Source of the DNA: Blastocladiella emersonii ATCC 22665
Taxonomy: Eukaryota; Fungi; Blastocladiomycota
Direction of reading: 5' to 3'
DNA length: 64,000 bases
NCBI GenBank assembly: GCA_025594325.1
Contig: JANHCV010000003.1
Coordinates: 2,480,001 to 2,544,000, forward strand
Shown here: positions 46,340-59,065 of the stretch, piece by piece
How positions within the stretch are numbered: the stretch's first letter is position 1
Layout of the letters: every line of letters begins with the position of its first letter
The notes under the pieces: generated by a model
Database searches by the model: none
What the model saw: the letters and a program-made list of their open reading frames with translations, nothing else
What the model was told of the DNA's origin: nothing
Made by a program: the position numbers and the translations under genes

Positions 46340-46555
46340 ACTCGCCCACTTGTCGAGAGCACCAACGTGACCGTGTGCCGTCGCGCCAGCAAGAGTCAGG
46401 CGCGACGCGTGCGTCATGAGGGCACGGTCGATGTGCGGGGCCATGGCACGCGGCAAGACGCGCGCGTACTGCAAGATCCCCGCTGTGTCCTCCGGGTCGT
46501 CGTGCTGCGCGATCGCGTGGACCAAGATGCACTGGAGGATCTCGGGGACGTGCAT
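46340..46555 (-). pseudogene. F-box-like/LRR family copy 2: 5' fragment only
   Basis: MHVPEILQCILVHAIAQHDDPEDTAGILQYARVLPR..ALDKW; homology to the other copies ends near 46340. Confidence 0.75.
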
Positions 46556-46780
46556 AGCCCCGAGAGTCATATTGCATGAAGTTTGCACTGCGCCCGGTGA
46601 CGAGGGTTGGTGGTGCATCGTCGTCCGCGGGAGCGAGCCCTTGCTCCAGCGGCGATCGCGCTGAAACCGACACGCGTCACCGACACCGCGCGCGTCGCTC
46701 ATCACCTGATAGATCGACGCGTTCCCTTCCTGTTTCAAGTCTTTCGAACGCTCATGTACGCGAAATGATATCTATATCAA

Positions 46781-49700
46781 CTACTCGTCATGCTCCGCGA
46801 CGAGCCCCGACTGCTTGGCGAGGCTGTAGAACCGCGACTCGGGCTGGCGGATCAGTTCTCTTGGCGAGCCGCGCTCGACGATGCGGCCGTGATCGAGGTA
46901 CAGCACGGTGTCGTAGTCGAGCACGGTCCCGATTCGGTGCGCGATGCAGATCACGGTGCAGTCGCGGAACTGCTCGCGGATCGTCGCCTGCACCAGCGCG
47001 TCGGTCGTGTGGTCCGTGTTCGCCGTGCTCTCGTCCAGGATCTACACATGAACACGAGTCAGTTGTGGTCACGCGAGAGTGAGGTGAGATGAGAGGGGGA
47101 AACGCACCAGGATGCGCGACTTGCGGATCACGGCGCGGGCGAGGCACAGCAGCTGCGCCTGGCCGACGCTGAGCGCGCCCTTGGCCGGCTCGTCGAGGCC
47201 GCGCGGCAGCGACCGGACGTGGTCGGCGAGGTGCACCGCCTCGAGCGCGCGCCAGATCTCGGCGTCGGACGTGGCGCCGTACGGGTCGACGTTGGCGCGG
47301 ACTGACCCGACCGAATCGTCGCACACGTCTTGCTCGTCACCACCGCCGAAAATGAACGCGTCCTGCGGCAGGATCGTGACGCGCGAGCGGAGCACGTCGA
47401 GCGGGACCGCGGCAATGTCGACGCCGTCAATACGGATCGACCCCGCCGCTGCCTCGAACCCGCGCAGCAGGGCCAAAACCGTCGACGACTTGCCCGACCC
47501 CGTACGGCCCACGAGGCACACCTTCTCGCCGGGCGCGACGCTGAGGTCGAGATCCGACAGGACGAGCGGCAGCTCGGGGCGGTACCGCGCGGCGTAGCCC
47601 GTGAACTCGACGCGGCCGTCGGCGGGCCACAACGCGTCGACTGCGGCGGCCGAGTTGTTCACGGCCTCGTTCTCCTCGAGGGGCAGGTCGAGGTACTCCT
47701 GGATACGCTCGATGGCGACGAGCTCCTGCTCCAGGTCGCACACCTCGTCGATGAGCTCGTCCATCATCCACGCCATGTCCTGCGCCTGAGTCAGGCCGAG
47801 CCCGATCAGCACGACGCCCTGCCCGGGGAACATGACCATGAGGAACGTGGCCGCGAACAGGACGGCGAACGAGATGAGCTTGAGGCCCGACTTGAGCCAC
47901 TGGTGCACGGCGACGTGCGCGAGGTGCGCGCGGAGGTACGTGTTGATGCGGGCGTGCGCGATGCCGAGGTACCGCGCCGACTGCCCGTGCGCGCGGATCG
48001 TTGACAGCCCGTCGAGCGTGTCGCTGAACACCTGGTACATGGGCGACATGGAGATGTTCTCGAGCCGGCGCAGCTCGCGCCCGACGCGGATGAACCGCGA
48101 CGCGTAGTAGTAGAAGCCGAGGGACAGCGGCAGCAGCACGACGAGGACCTGCGGCGCGGCGAGGGACACGGTGACGAGGGCCACGACGAGGATCAGCGAG
48201 TTGTAGATGACGCGGAACGCCGAGTTCGGGACCCCCGTGGCCGTGGCCGTCACGTCGCGTGCGAACCGGTTCATAATGCGACCTACGGGGCAGGCGTCGA
48301 GCGTCAGTATCAGGTCATTAGCTCGCGACAGCGAAATTGCGCGCACCAGACGGAGCCGTGTCGAAGAAGGCGAGCGGGAGGCGCAGGACGTGCCGCGTCA
48401 GGCGGTCCGAGATGGTGAAGGCCGAGCGCACGACGATGATCCCGAACGTCCAGTAGGCCGAGCCAAGAAACATGGCGATGCAGCCGTTGAGCGCCACGAG
48501 GACGCCGAAGAAGCTCGCTGCGTTGCCGCTCGAGCCCGTCGGGTTGGACGAGTTCTCGCTGCCCCACTGCCCCGCCCAGTACATGGCGAACGCTTCGCTC
48601 GCGAGCCAGAGCGTGACCAGGACGACGAGGCCCAGCGCGCGGAACGGGCCGACGTACGTGAGGTACTGGTGGTACACAGCCCACCCGACGGCGCCGCGCT
48701 TCATCGTCTCCTCGTCCTCGTCGGACTCATCGGCGGTGGAACCGTGGAACGCCGACGCGACCGGCCGAAGTGGGGGTGCAGCGGTCGGCTTGTCGGGTAG
48801 CAGCGCCGTGATGCTCGACACGGACAACGTCGGCGACGGCGGCACGTCGCCATCGGCGACGGCGCTGTGCGAGGGTGAGGGGACAACGAGGGAAAGCTCA
48901 GGAACAGGCGGAGCAGGTTCGGGAGGGGGAGCTGGTGCGTCGACGCGCTTGGCCTGGTACTCGCGCACCATGGCCGCGAACGCGCCGCCCTCGATCGCCA
49001 TGATCTTGGCGGGCGGGCCCTGCTCGACGATCGTGCCGCGGCTGCACACCACGACGTGGTCGGCGCGGTGGACGTGGTGCAGCGCGTGAGTCACCAGGAC
49101 GCGCGTCGTGTCCCTGAGCACGCCCTCGATCAGGTGCTCGAACAGGTGGTGGTCGACGTGCACATCGACCGATCCCAAAATGTCGTCGAGCAGGGCGCAT
49201 GGGTTCTCGTCACCTGCGTCGCCCGAGTTGGTGGCGGCGGTAGGGACGACGCACGCGTACGCGGCGCGCGCACACGCGAGGCGCACCTGCTGGCCCTTGG
49301 ACAGCGTGAGCCCGCGCTCGCCGATGAGCGTGCGGTCGCCGAGGGGCATGGCGGCGAGGTCGCGGTCGAGCGCGCACGCGTGGACCACGCGCGCGTACTG
49401 GTCGGCGTCGAACGCGAGACCAAAGGTCACGTTGTTGCGGATCGTGTCGTTGAGGATCCACGGGCGCTGCGACACGTACGACGCGCGGCCGCCAACGCCG
49501 ACGGTGCCCGAGACGAGCGGGATGTCGCCGAGGAGCGCCGACAGCAGCGACGACTTGGAGCTCCCGACCGAGCCGACGACCATGACGAGCGAGCCCGGGG
49601 CGATGTCGAGGTTGATGTCATGCAGCGTCGGTTCAGTCGAAGCGGCGGTCTCCTCGTCGCCGTCACCGCGCGACGCCCACTTGAAGGTGCCGCCTCGGAC

Positions 49701-51563
49701 GCGGATCGCGCCGCGCTCGGGCAGCTGCTCGACATACTCGTCGCGGTCAGGCGCGGCGAGGAACGCCGACAGCCGCTTGTACGCGGTAGCGGCCGAGATG
49801 AGCGGCTTGAGCGACCAGACGAAGCCAAAGAGCGAGTTTTTGACGTAGGCGACCGAGCTGAGCGTGACGAACACGAGCTCGACCGTGAGGGGACGGTCGC
49901 CCGAGCCGAGAGCGTAGGTGGCGAACATGGCGAGCGACGCGAGCGGCGGGACGCAGAAGAAGAGCGTGTGGAGGCCGGCCTCGACGTTCTGGAGGCGGCG
50001 CTGCTGGTCGAGCTCGCGTACACGGTGCCCCATAATGCGCTCGCGGAGGAGCTCGGTCCAGCCGCTGAGCTTGACCGTCTTGATGCCCAGCACGGCCTCG
50101 CGCGTGGCGGCGACGCGGCGGTCCATGCACTCCATCTTGGCGTCGGTGATGGGCAGGAGAACACGGCCGATGAGGTAGTTGGTGGGGATGAAGGCGACGA
50201 GGACGCCGATGCCGACAAACGCGACGGGGCCGACCGTGTACCAGAGCCAGGAGAAGCTGATGAGCAGCGTGGTGATGTGGAACGGGTAGGCGACGGCGGC
50301 CTTAAGCCCGACGCTCAGCGCGTCGGCGTCCGTCTCCATGTGGTTGAGCACGGCGGCCTGGTCGTCGTCGGTCTGCACGGGCGCGCGCAGCGACTTGGCG
50401 TACACGAGCGCCATGGCGACGGCCTTGAGCCGGTGCTGGGCGTACTCGGCGAAGGCGGTCGCGTTGCTGCCCATGAGCTCCGAGATGGCGAAAGTGACGA
50501 GGTAGGCCGTGGCGAGGAGGATGCCGCGCTGGATCTGCTCGTCGCGCGGGAGGGCCTCGGACACGGTGCGGAGCAGCTCGCGGAGCAGCCACGGCGAGGC
50601 GGCGGGGACGAGCGAGTTCCCGACGTGCATCGCGGCGATGCCGAGCCACGACCAGCCGAACGTCGACAGGAGATTGCCGAGGAGCAAGGCATGTGGACGA
50701 GCAGCTCGGGCGGCGCGGACTCGAGCAACCCCGTACTCGACCTGGTCGCGCCCCGGGGGCTCCCACAGGTCCGAGAGCTCGAGGAACTTGGTACCGCCGA
50801 GACGGGCGAGCGAGCCGGCCCACAGGTAGAGCGTGCGGCTGAGAAGCGTCGAGGCGAGCTCCGGCGGGTACTAGACATGTGGTGTAAGTCAGTTTCGAGT
50901 TCGACTCGTCAAATGATCGATGACGGTAGCGTACGTTGTGTTCAGTGACATACTCGCGGCCGCGGACCGACAGCGACTCGAGGACGAAGAGCGACAGCGA
51001 CCCAACGAGGCAGAAGGCGGTCCAGGTGGAAGGGAGGGAAGCGAGAGCGAGCGAGCGCAGCAACAACGCCGAGGCAGCACTGTCGAACAGGTAGAGCCAC
51101 GTCAGGACGGTGGACGGCTGCGTCGACTTGTAGGACTCGGCGCGGTGCGTGGCCGCAGCAGCGAGGTAGGCGGCAGCGCGCAGAGCAACCGACAGCGCGG
51201 ATGCATCCGACGTCGGGTCGATCACGAGGTGGAGCAGCGAGAGGGCGGCCACGCCGAGGGCGAGCGCCGACTTGAGTACGAGAAGGCGATTCCACCCCGC
51301 CGTGTTGGCGAGCACTGCGGCGCGGGGTGGCAGAGCGAGTCGAGTGCGGAGGTACGCGAGCCGGCCGGCGATCGCGACGAGGTGCACGACGAGAAGGACG
51401 GGCTGGATCAAGCTACGGCGAGTGCGAGGATGTTGCGTCAGTCGAGCGCCTTCGATGCACCGTTGATGACGGGGGCGTACCCGTACTGCAAGCACAACGG
51501 CAAGTCGAGGACGTCGCGCGCCGTGCCGCTCGGGTCGTTGGCGGGGCAGAAGTAGCCGAGCAT
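46781..51563 (-). CDS. ABCC/MRP (Ycf1-like) ABC transporter with TMD0, multi-exon
   Basis: NBD1 GSVGSSKSSLL with LSKGQQVRLACARA; NBD2 GRTGSGKSS with LSVGQAQLLCLARA; TVICIAHRIGTVLDYD; N-terminal MLGYFCP...LCLQYG. Confidence 0.9.
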
Positions 51564-52387
51564 CGCTGCGGGTCAGTCGAGACGGGCTCCCGAACATGGT
51601 CAGGCCGGGACTCGCCGTCTATTTGAAGATCCCTGCACTCGGCTGCTCCAGTTCCCATCCACACGAGAGAGAGCCGCTGAGACGGTTGAGTCAAGTGCCA
51701 CCCGATCGGGCGAGAGCGCGGCCAAGGCGCGCCGCGCAGAGTGCTCGCGAGCTCGCAACGGTTCGGCCGATGAGCCGCGGCCTGAGCCGCGACCCGACCG
51801 AGGCCGGGTTGACGCATTGCATTGGGTCTCCATGAGAATTCATGTCCCGCGGCGTGGGAACGTGGGGAGTGCGGAGAGCGGGCGGTGCGGTTGAGTCGAC
51901 TGCAGCGGGGTGGCGCTGTTGCTGCGCACCGTGAGACGCGACGCGTCCTCGCGCCGACATGTGATGTCTCGCACCGCCCTGCTCGCTCTTGCCCGCGATG
52001 ATGTCTGCGACGACGCGACGACGACGGCGGCCGCGGGCGGAAATTTTGCTCCTCACCGGGCCGGCCACGCGACGTCGCGCGCGACGCCCCCGTTTCCCCG
52101 CTGCAGACCTTTCCCCGCCCGCGCCGCCACCGCCGCTCCCGCCATGCTCGCCGCCTCGACGTACCCGCTGCCGAGCGGGACCCGTGGGCCCGCTGCCGCC
52201 TTCGAGCAAGTGCGAGACGGCAAGACCGTCGCCGTCATGGCCAGGGCCCCACGGGCGCGTCGCCCGCCGCTCGCCCTCTCTATCGCTGGCGACCCTCCCT
52301 CGCTGCCGGCGTTGAAGTTTGACGTTAAAGCTCTTCGTCGAGGTGCCACCTTGCAGTGCTTGAGCTCGCCTCGCAACACTTGATGCA

Positions 52388-54316
52388 ATGGAATCATCCA
52401 GCCCACCGCCGAGCCCAGCCCACGTCGAGCTCGAGCTCGATCTCGTCAGCCCGCAGGGCGCGCTGCGTCGCGTGCGCTTGAGCCGTGATGGGTCGGCCGA
52501 GGCGGACGCCGTCGTGAGAGTCGAATCGCTCGAGGACGCCTCTGGTGCGAGAGTTACGTGCAGTCCCGCGGCGACAGTGCTGACCCTGTCGCGCTTGCCT
52601 GTAGCGATCACGACCTTCTCGGCATCCATGGTGGTCGGGGTGCGCGTCTTCCCTGTCACGGCGCCTCTGGCGCTTCCGCGCGAGTCGAGCAACCAGAACG
52701 ATGTCGCGCGCCACTTTGACCCGCTCTCGTGCATGACGCCGCCCGAGCTGGCTGCGCACTTTGGCGTGTTCCTGCTGCGTCACCTGGTGCCGCGACCCGT
52801 CGTCGATCGCACCGTGCCGAAGCTCGAGACGTGGGTGTTTGCTGCCGCCACGACGGACGAGGCGCGTGCCGCTGTCAAGAAGCTCCGGTGTTGGCTCAAC
52901 GCAGACTCGCCGCGCTGCTTCCTCGTCGTCGTCAACCCTTTCTCGGGCCGCAAGCGTGGGAAACGCGTCGCGCAGGGCACGCTGCTTCCGCTCCTCCAGC
53001 TCTCGCATGAGGATCATACGGTTCTCGGTACGCTTCACTCGCACCTCTCTGCGCCCTTCTGGGATCTCACACCTTCTTGCCACGTAGTGCGTGAAACGAT
53101 TGGCCCAAACCATGCTGCGACCATCGCCCAGGAGATCGACATCAACACGCACGACGGGGCTCTCCTCGTCGGCGGCGACGGAATCGTGCACGAGTTCGTC
53201 AACGGCCTGCTCACGCGTCCTGACCGAGACCAGATCCGCCACGCGCTGCCCATCGCTCATGTCGCCGCTGGGAGCGGTAACGGACTCGCGGCCTCGCTCA
53301 ACGCCCTCAACCCTGCCCGCGCTGTGCTCGCCGCGATTAAGGGCACCACGCGCCCGCTCGACCTCATGGCGCTGTACCAGGACGCGGACCCGGTGTCTGG
53401 CGAGCCCGAGACCGCGCCGCGCCACCCGACCTACTGCCACCTGTCCTTCACCTGGGGCTACCTCGGCGACGTCAACATCGAGGCCGAGCCGCTGCGGTGG
53501 ATGGGTCCGCTGCGGTTTGAGCTCATGGCCGCACTCCGCCTCGTCACGTCGCGCTCGTACGGCGCACGGATCGCCTTCCTCCCCGCCGACGCTGCATCTG
53601 CCTCCAGCGAGGGCGAGAGCAGCACAGGCGCCGACTCGAGCGTCACCAAGCACATCCACCGCCCGCTCGCCGAGATCTTCGCCCCGACCTCCGAGTGGAC
53701 CGTGCTACCGAGCATGCGCTACTTCTACCTCACGGCGCACAACGTCCCGCACCAGACGTACACGTTCAATGCGGCGCCGCACGCGCACCCGCACGATGGC
53801 ACCATGGATGTGTGCATGCTCGAGGCCGGCGCGAACCCGGTGCGCCTCGTGCCGTACCTGCTCGACCAGACCAAGGGCGCGCACGTCGGCGGGCCGGGCG
53901 TGCAGGCGCAGAAGTGCCGCGCCCTCGTCGTGGTCCCGCTGCACCCGGACGACGCCGAGCTGTGGAACGCGTACGGCCCGCCATCCGACGGCGCGGACCC
54001 GTCGCTCGCGGCCGACTGGCGGAGGCGCACGACGCGCGTCGGCAACATGGTCGCGGACGGCGAGCGGATCCGGTACGCGCCGATCCGCATCGAGACGATC
54101 CCCAGCATGATCCGCGTGTTTGTTCCGCAAGACCTCGACCCGGGCGCGTTCGCGGCCCATGCGCCGCCGCACCACACGCTGCGCCCGCTCGGCTCGACGT
54201 GGGCGCGGCGCGGGTCGCACGGCAAGGCTACGCCCGCCGTGCCAGAGCCGGGACGCGACTCGGCCATTGGTGGTGACAGCGAGGCGTCGGTCGCGGAGCC
54301 ATTAGCGTCCGGCTGA
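52388..54316 (+). CDS. LCB4: Sphingoid long-chain base kinase (DAGK catalytic family), one probable intron near 53030-53087
   Basis: VVVNPFSGRKRG, LVGGDGIVHEFVNGL, AAGSGNGLAASL, WGYLGDVNIEAEPLRWMGPLRF, DGE. Confidence 0.85.
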   Translation: MESSSPPPSPAHVELELDLVSPQGALRRVRLSRDGSAEADAVVRVESLEDASGARVTCSPAATVLTLSRLPVAITTFSASMVVGVRVFPVTAPLALPRESSNQNDVARHFDPLSCMTPPELAAHFGVFLLRHLVPRPVVDRTVPKLETWVFAAATTDEARAAVKKLRCWLNADSPRCFLVVVNPFSGRKRGKRVAQGTLLPLLQLSHEDHTVLGTLHSHLSAPFWDLTPSCHVVRETIGPNHAATIAQEIDINTHDGALLVGGDGIVHEFVNGLLTRPDRDQIRHALPIAHVAAGSGNGLAASLNALNPARAVLAAIKGTTRPLDLMALYQDADPVSGEPETAPRHPTYCHLSFTWGYLGDVNIEAEPLRWMGPLRFELMAALRLVTSRSYGARIAFLPADAASASSEGESSTGADSSVTKHIHRPLAEIFAPTSEWTVLPSMRYFYLTAHNVPHQTYTFNAAPHAHPHDGTMDVCMLEAGANPVRLVPYLLDQTKGAHVGGPGVQAQKCRALVVVPLHPDDAELWNAYGPPSDGADPSLAADWRRRTTRVGNMVADGERIRYAPIRIETIPSMIRVFVPQDLDPGAFAAHAPPHHTLRPLGSTWARRGSHGKATPAVPEPGRDSAIGGDSEASVAEPLASG

Positions 54317-54719
54317 CTCGTGGCGATCTCGGGCAGTGTTCGAGGCGCGGTCGTCGCCGCCGTGGTCGCGGCGAGCGCCTGGTGGCTGCTCGGGGTCGAG
54401 TCTGGATACGCACTTCTTCCTGGCGAGTGAGAGAGTATTTGGGATCGACTTTTTTGTTGCGCAGTATAGATCAGTTCTCGAACCATGATTATTTTTATTA
54501 AGAACAACGACCTCTGAAAGGTTGGCTGGCCATGTTCGCGAAGGGACGCGTCGATCTATCGTGTGAGCGCACGTGCGCGAGTGGGGCGCGCAGCCGCCGT
54601 CTCAGGACGCGAGGCTGGTTGTCGAGTCATCGCTTGAACCGCCCTCGCTCCCCGCGGACGATGATGCACCACCGACCCCCCTCACAATGCAAACTTCATG
54701 CAAACTGATGCTCGGGGCT

Positions 54720-56313
54720 ATGCACGTCCCCGAGATCCTCGAGCGCATCTTGGTCCACGCGATCGTTCAGCACGGCGACCCGGACGACGCCGACGGTCTC
54801 CTGCAGTATGCGCGTGTCATGCCGCGTGGTACCCTGGGATCGCGCATTGACCGTGCACTCTTGGAGCACGCGTCACACCTTTCCCTTGACGGTGCGACTG
54901 CGCGCGGCAACATTGACGCCCTGAACAAGTGGACGGCGCTCGGCGTACCGCTTCGCTGCCCGATGGCCGGTTTGATGATAGCCTGCCATGACTTGCACCT
55001 TGAAACAATCGAATGGTGGTTTGCTCGATTCGGACGAGTTCAAGGCTTGGCTGGACGAGCACAAGGACGAAATTGATTCCCAGTGTTGCGACGTCATGCA
55101 AAGTTGGCCGAACTGCATCGACGATTTCTGTGTCGAAGTCGCAGCAGGTCGCACCGCGAAACTCGAACTTCAATTCTTGCCTATTTCTATGGCCGACGTC
55201 GACGCCCTCAACAATGCTTTGTCGAGCCCCTCGCAGGTCGTCAAGTCCATCGAATTCCTTGCCTGTTCGGTTAATCTTCCTCGGTTCCTCGCCATGCGTT
55301 TCCCTGACTCAGTGCGCAAACTGTCTGTCGTCGGAATATGGCTTGGTAGCACGATTTCGCGGCGTACCCAACTGCCACCCATGGTGTGGCCCGCTCAGCT
55401 CCAGTCTCTTGAATTATCTTGCCCCAAGCTACTCGACGTGATTCCGCACCTGTTTCGAGGTCTGCCCACCACGCTTCGATCCGTGGCCGTTAGTGGCTCT
55501 GGACTTGGCGACCGAGGCATTTTCGAGCTGGTTCGCGCACTTCCTGCCGCTGTTCAGCGACTCGAATTCCTCGACGAGACCGTGTCCAGCGTCGGATTCG
55601 AGACCATCGTCAAAGTTCTTCCTGCCTCACTTCGGCGCCTCACTCTCTATGGCATTTCCGACGATTCAAATGCCTCACTTGTGGCAATTCACAACCTTGC
55701 GACGGCGGTGACCCCTGGGCTCGAGCAATCGGGCACTTGGCCAAAGAAACTGGACTCGCTTGATATTACAGCCCGCGAATGGACGCCCACACTGATGAGT
55801 GTGCTCAGCACGCTTCCTTCGTCGCTCAACAGTCTCGCGCTCCGCTTCAAAGCGATTAGTGACGCTGGGGTTGCCAAACTCGCCCGCGTTCTCCCCAGTG
55901 AGCTCAAGATTTTTTCCATCAGCAACTGCACAATTTCACGCGCAGGGACTTTGACTTTGATCCCAAACATTCCAAACTCGGTCACTAATCTCCTTCTGTG
56001 CGACTGTGACTTGGGCCTCGAAGGCGCGAAGTCGCTCGCGTCCCACATGCCACCGCGCCTGCTCCAACTTGACCTGAAGGCTTGCAATATCAACGACGCA
56101 GCCGTCGCAGCTCTTGTCCCGGCACTGCCGACCACTCTTCACAGCCTCAACCTGGCTTCAAATCCGATAACAAGCACCGGTGTGACCACGCTTGCCCAAA
56201 GTCTTCCTCCCCGTCTCACCACCCTCGAGATGACGCGAGGCGACAGGACGCTGGGCGGTTTGGCACGGTCTTTTGATGTGAAGTACGTCCTTCAGTGGAT
56301 GCTCGCTCCCTGA
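54720..56313 (+). pseudogene. F-box-like + RNI-like LRR protein, copy 3, frameshifted near 55019
   Basis: MHVPEILERILVHAIVQHGDP. About 11 nt missing after EWW relative to copy 1. A 441-aa downstream frame carries LRRs (LPTTLHSLNLASNPIT). Confidence 0.75.
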
Positions 56314-56632
56314 CCACCTGCTTCATGATTTTCAGCTCGTGCGGAGCTCTGTTGTCCTGAAATATATCTATATCCATACTCAACAAATGCAGGTACATTT
56401 GAGGAGCCCGTCGTGCGCTCCTTGTGGCGCAACGCGAGCGCGTGGCGCTCGAACAACCAGCAATTTTTAAACCCTTTTCGCGCACCTGTCAGTCGCATAT
56501 GCATGCCCAGCCCTTGAACCGGGCGTTGCTTCCCTTCAAAACTGTCTCTCTCCGAAAAGGCTCTCTCCAGTTACCAGTACCAAATCCCATCAACATACAT
56601 ACGACCGAGTCACTGTGAGAAATATGCCGGCC

Positions 56633-56926
56633 ATGCAGCAGCCCCTTGTCATCATGACGGCCATCGGCGCGTCCCGTATCGCGTCTCTCCACGACCGTTT
56701 CCGTGCCGCCCCGACGACTCCGCGCTCGCCCGTGTTCATGGCGAATCCGTACAAGCCGACCTACGACATGTCGGCGACTTCAAACAAGCTCGCTACTCAG
56801 CTCTTCGCGCCGATGCCGAAGAGTCCTGCTTCGCCGGCTTCGACGTACACGGACGAGGCAAGTCGCCAGTTCAACCAGTTCCGCCGCGAGCAGAAGGCCC
56901 TGCGCGCCAAGTCCGCGGCGGTCTAA
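56633..56926 (+). CDS. Small orphan protein, tandem family member A (alternative ATG at 56624)
   Basis: MQQPLVI..SLHDRF..TPRSPVF..TDEASRQFNQFRR; homologous to B and C. Confidence 0.65.
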   Translation: MQQPLVIMTAIGASRIASLHDRFRAAPTTPRSPVFMANPYKPTYDMSATSNKLATQLFAPMPKSPASPASTYTDEASRQFNQFRREQKALRAKSAAV

Positions 56927-57559
56927 GTCGACCCTCATCGCAATCCCTGCCTGAGCGCATAACTCGGCATCCGAGTCGCTTTCCACCTTCGCTATTTGCG
57001 TCTTAGCAAGTTGATACCTGAATACATGCAAAAATCCTCTTGTTCCGGACACTGTTTAGCGAGAGGCCACCGTTTTTGGCAATTTATTGGAACTCGTGTT
57101 GTCGCGGCGTCTCAGGCCTAAATTTCATCTATATTCGACGCTAAGGATTGACGAGCTCCAACTCGCGCTCGACTCTCACTCAGTATCATGACATGAAGTC
57201 GTCGTCCAGGGCCAGTTCCGTGCTTGCCGTTACTAGCACTTCGTACGACCCCGCGCCGTGTCCACCCGTTTTCGGTCCGCCAATGCCGTTGAAATCATGA
57301 TGGCACACTGTCCAATACTGTTCCGAGCGAACGAAGTGGCGCAGCGCGTCTCCATAAGCCACTCGCTTCAAGGCTTGATTGTCTCGCACGCCGCACGTGA
57401 GCGACGCATGACTGTCTCGCAGCCCATTATGCGTGCATTCATCGACCTCGCCGGCCCTTCAAAAAGCAGCTCACCGCCAGTCCACTCTCGCTTCCTCACG
57501 GAACAAGCACCCGTCCCCAAGAGGGTTAAATCGACAAGCGCCACCATTTCCAAGGAAAA

Positions 57560-58147
57560 ATGCAGCCCCTTGTCATCAATACCACCCTCAGCAACACGAT
57601 GTACTCGGCCCGCCGCGGCTCGCTGCACGAGCGGTTCCACGCTATTGCCACGAGCCCGCGGTCGCCCGTGTTCGACATGACCCCGACGCCGTCGTCCACG
57701 GCGGACATTTGGGATTTCCGCCTCGCAACGTCGTCGCCGTCGTCGCTTCGCAGCAGCAACTCGTCGGACCTTGACCTCTTCTCGCTCGCGTCGGCGTTCG
57801 ACCCGGTCGACAGCCTCGTCGCGCACCTCATCCCGTCGCCGCCGCCCAAGCGCGTCACGTCGTCACCGACGTCCAAGTTCATGACCGAGGCGGGCCGTGA
57901 GTTCACTCAGTACCGCCATCACCACGCGCTCCGCACGCAGATGGCGGCCGTCCAAACCGACTCTTTCCCACACGTCCAACCCGTCAGTCCCGCGAATCCC
58001 GCCTCGACAGCTTCCAACTTCCCGCAGCAGCTTCCAGTGGTGATTGCGTCGCAGGCCACGCTCGCGAACGCGGGCGAGATTCGCGAGGCCCGCACGCGGC
58101 TCGAGCAGAGCATGTCGCAGCACTGGTGGATGCTGGCGAACAACTGA
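57560..58147 (+). CDS. Small orphan protein, tandem family member B
   Basis: MQPLVIN..RRGSLHERF..TSPRSPVF..VAHLIPSPPP..MTEAGREFTQYRHHH. Confidence 0.7.
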   Translation: MQPLVINTTLSNTMYSARRGSLHERFHAIATSPRSPVFDMTPTPSSTADIWDFRLATSSPSSLRSSNSSDLDLFSLASAFDPVDSLVAHLIPSPPPKRVTSSPTSKFMTEAGREFTQYRHHHALRTQMAAVQTDSFPHVQPVSPANPASTASNFPQQLPVVIASQATLANAGEIREARTRLEQSMSQHWWMLANN

Positions 58148-58364
58148 GTTGTCCACAGTGATTTTATCTTGATACCTTAATGCATTTACCTTCTTCATTC
58201 CTCTCGTAATCGTGTATGCGCAGTGCTGAAACGCGACGCGACGCGACCTGGCTTGCTCGGCCCTCATGAACTCGCTCGTGACGCTACGGAGCCGATGGCC
58301 GCGGCCACTCCTCAGCTCGAGTCCGCTCGACCTCAATCCCCGCTCCCCTCACGCCATACATTCT

Positions 58365-59021
58365 ATGCAGCCGAAACCCATCCTGACCCAGTCCGTTCCC
58401 TCCACCAGCTCGTTCGCCTTCTCCAACCGCCGCTCGCTCCACGAGCGGTTCAACGAGGCCGCCACGAGCCCCCGCCGACCCGACCATGGCGCGGCCACCG
58501 ACCTGACGGCGCTGCTGACGGCCGACCTGGTCGAGCACCTCATCGCTCCGCCGTCGCCCTCGCCCTCGCCGCATGAGACGCCGGTACACATGTACCTGGC
58601 CGAGAAACAGCTCGCGCACTGGCGGCACCAGCACGCGGTGCAGGCGCGGCTCGCAGCGTCGAGCGAGGCGCTGAACAAGGCCGGTGGACAGCGTCCCACC
58701 GTCGAGACCAAGCCCGTGTGGCCGAGCCTCCACCACCACAAGAAGCGCCAGGGCCGCGCGGCGAAGCTGGCCGACCCGGACGCATTCTGGGTGTCGGGCG
58801 CGTGGCTGTTCGACGACGAGGCGGCACCGGCGTGGTTGCGCCGTGCGCTCGGTCTGCGTTCGGTGCGCCGTGAGTCTCCCAAGGCCGTCGTCGTGGCGGT
58901 GACGAAGCAGGCGGCGCCGGCGGCCGAGTACGTCGTGTCGCCGGGCGGGACCCGCCACCTCGTGGCGCACAGCGACGTGTGTCCGCTGGGCGCGGCGTGC
59001 GAGTTTGACGAGTACGAGTAG
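58365..59021 (+). CDS. Small orphan protein, tandem family member C
   Basis: MQPKPIL..RRSLHERF..TSPRRP..VEHLIAPPSP..EKQLAHWRHQH. Confidence 0.7.
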   Translation: MQPKPILTQSVPSTSSFAFSNRRSLHERFNEAATSPRRPDHGAATDLTALLTADLVEHLIAPPSPSPSPHETPVHMYLAEKQLAHWRHQHAVQARLAASSEALNKAGGQRPTVETKPVWPSLHHHKKRQGRAAKLADPDAFWVSGAWLFDDEAAPAWLRRALGLRSVRRESPKAVVVAVTKQAAPAAEYVVSPGGTRHLVAHSDVCPLGAACEFDEYE

Positions 59022-59065
59022 GAGACGCGACGTGTGAAGTTACACCGAAATATATAGCGTGCGCG

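Noticed and set aside
56633-59021. Whi5/Nrm1-like identity for the small tandem proteins
   Set aside because: Only a vague resemblance (ALRTQMAA, VQARLAA); the RL..A..K core is not conserved.
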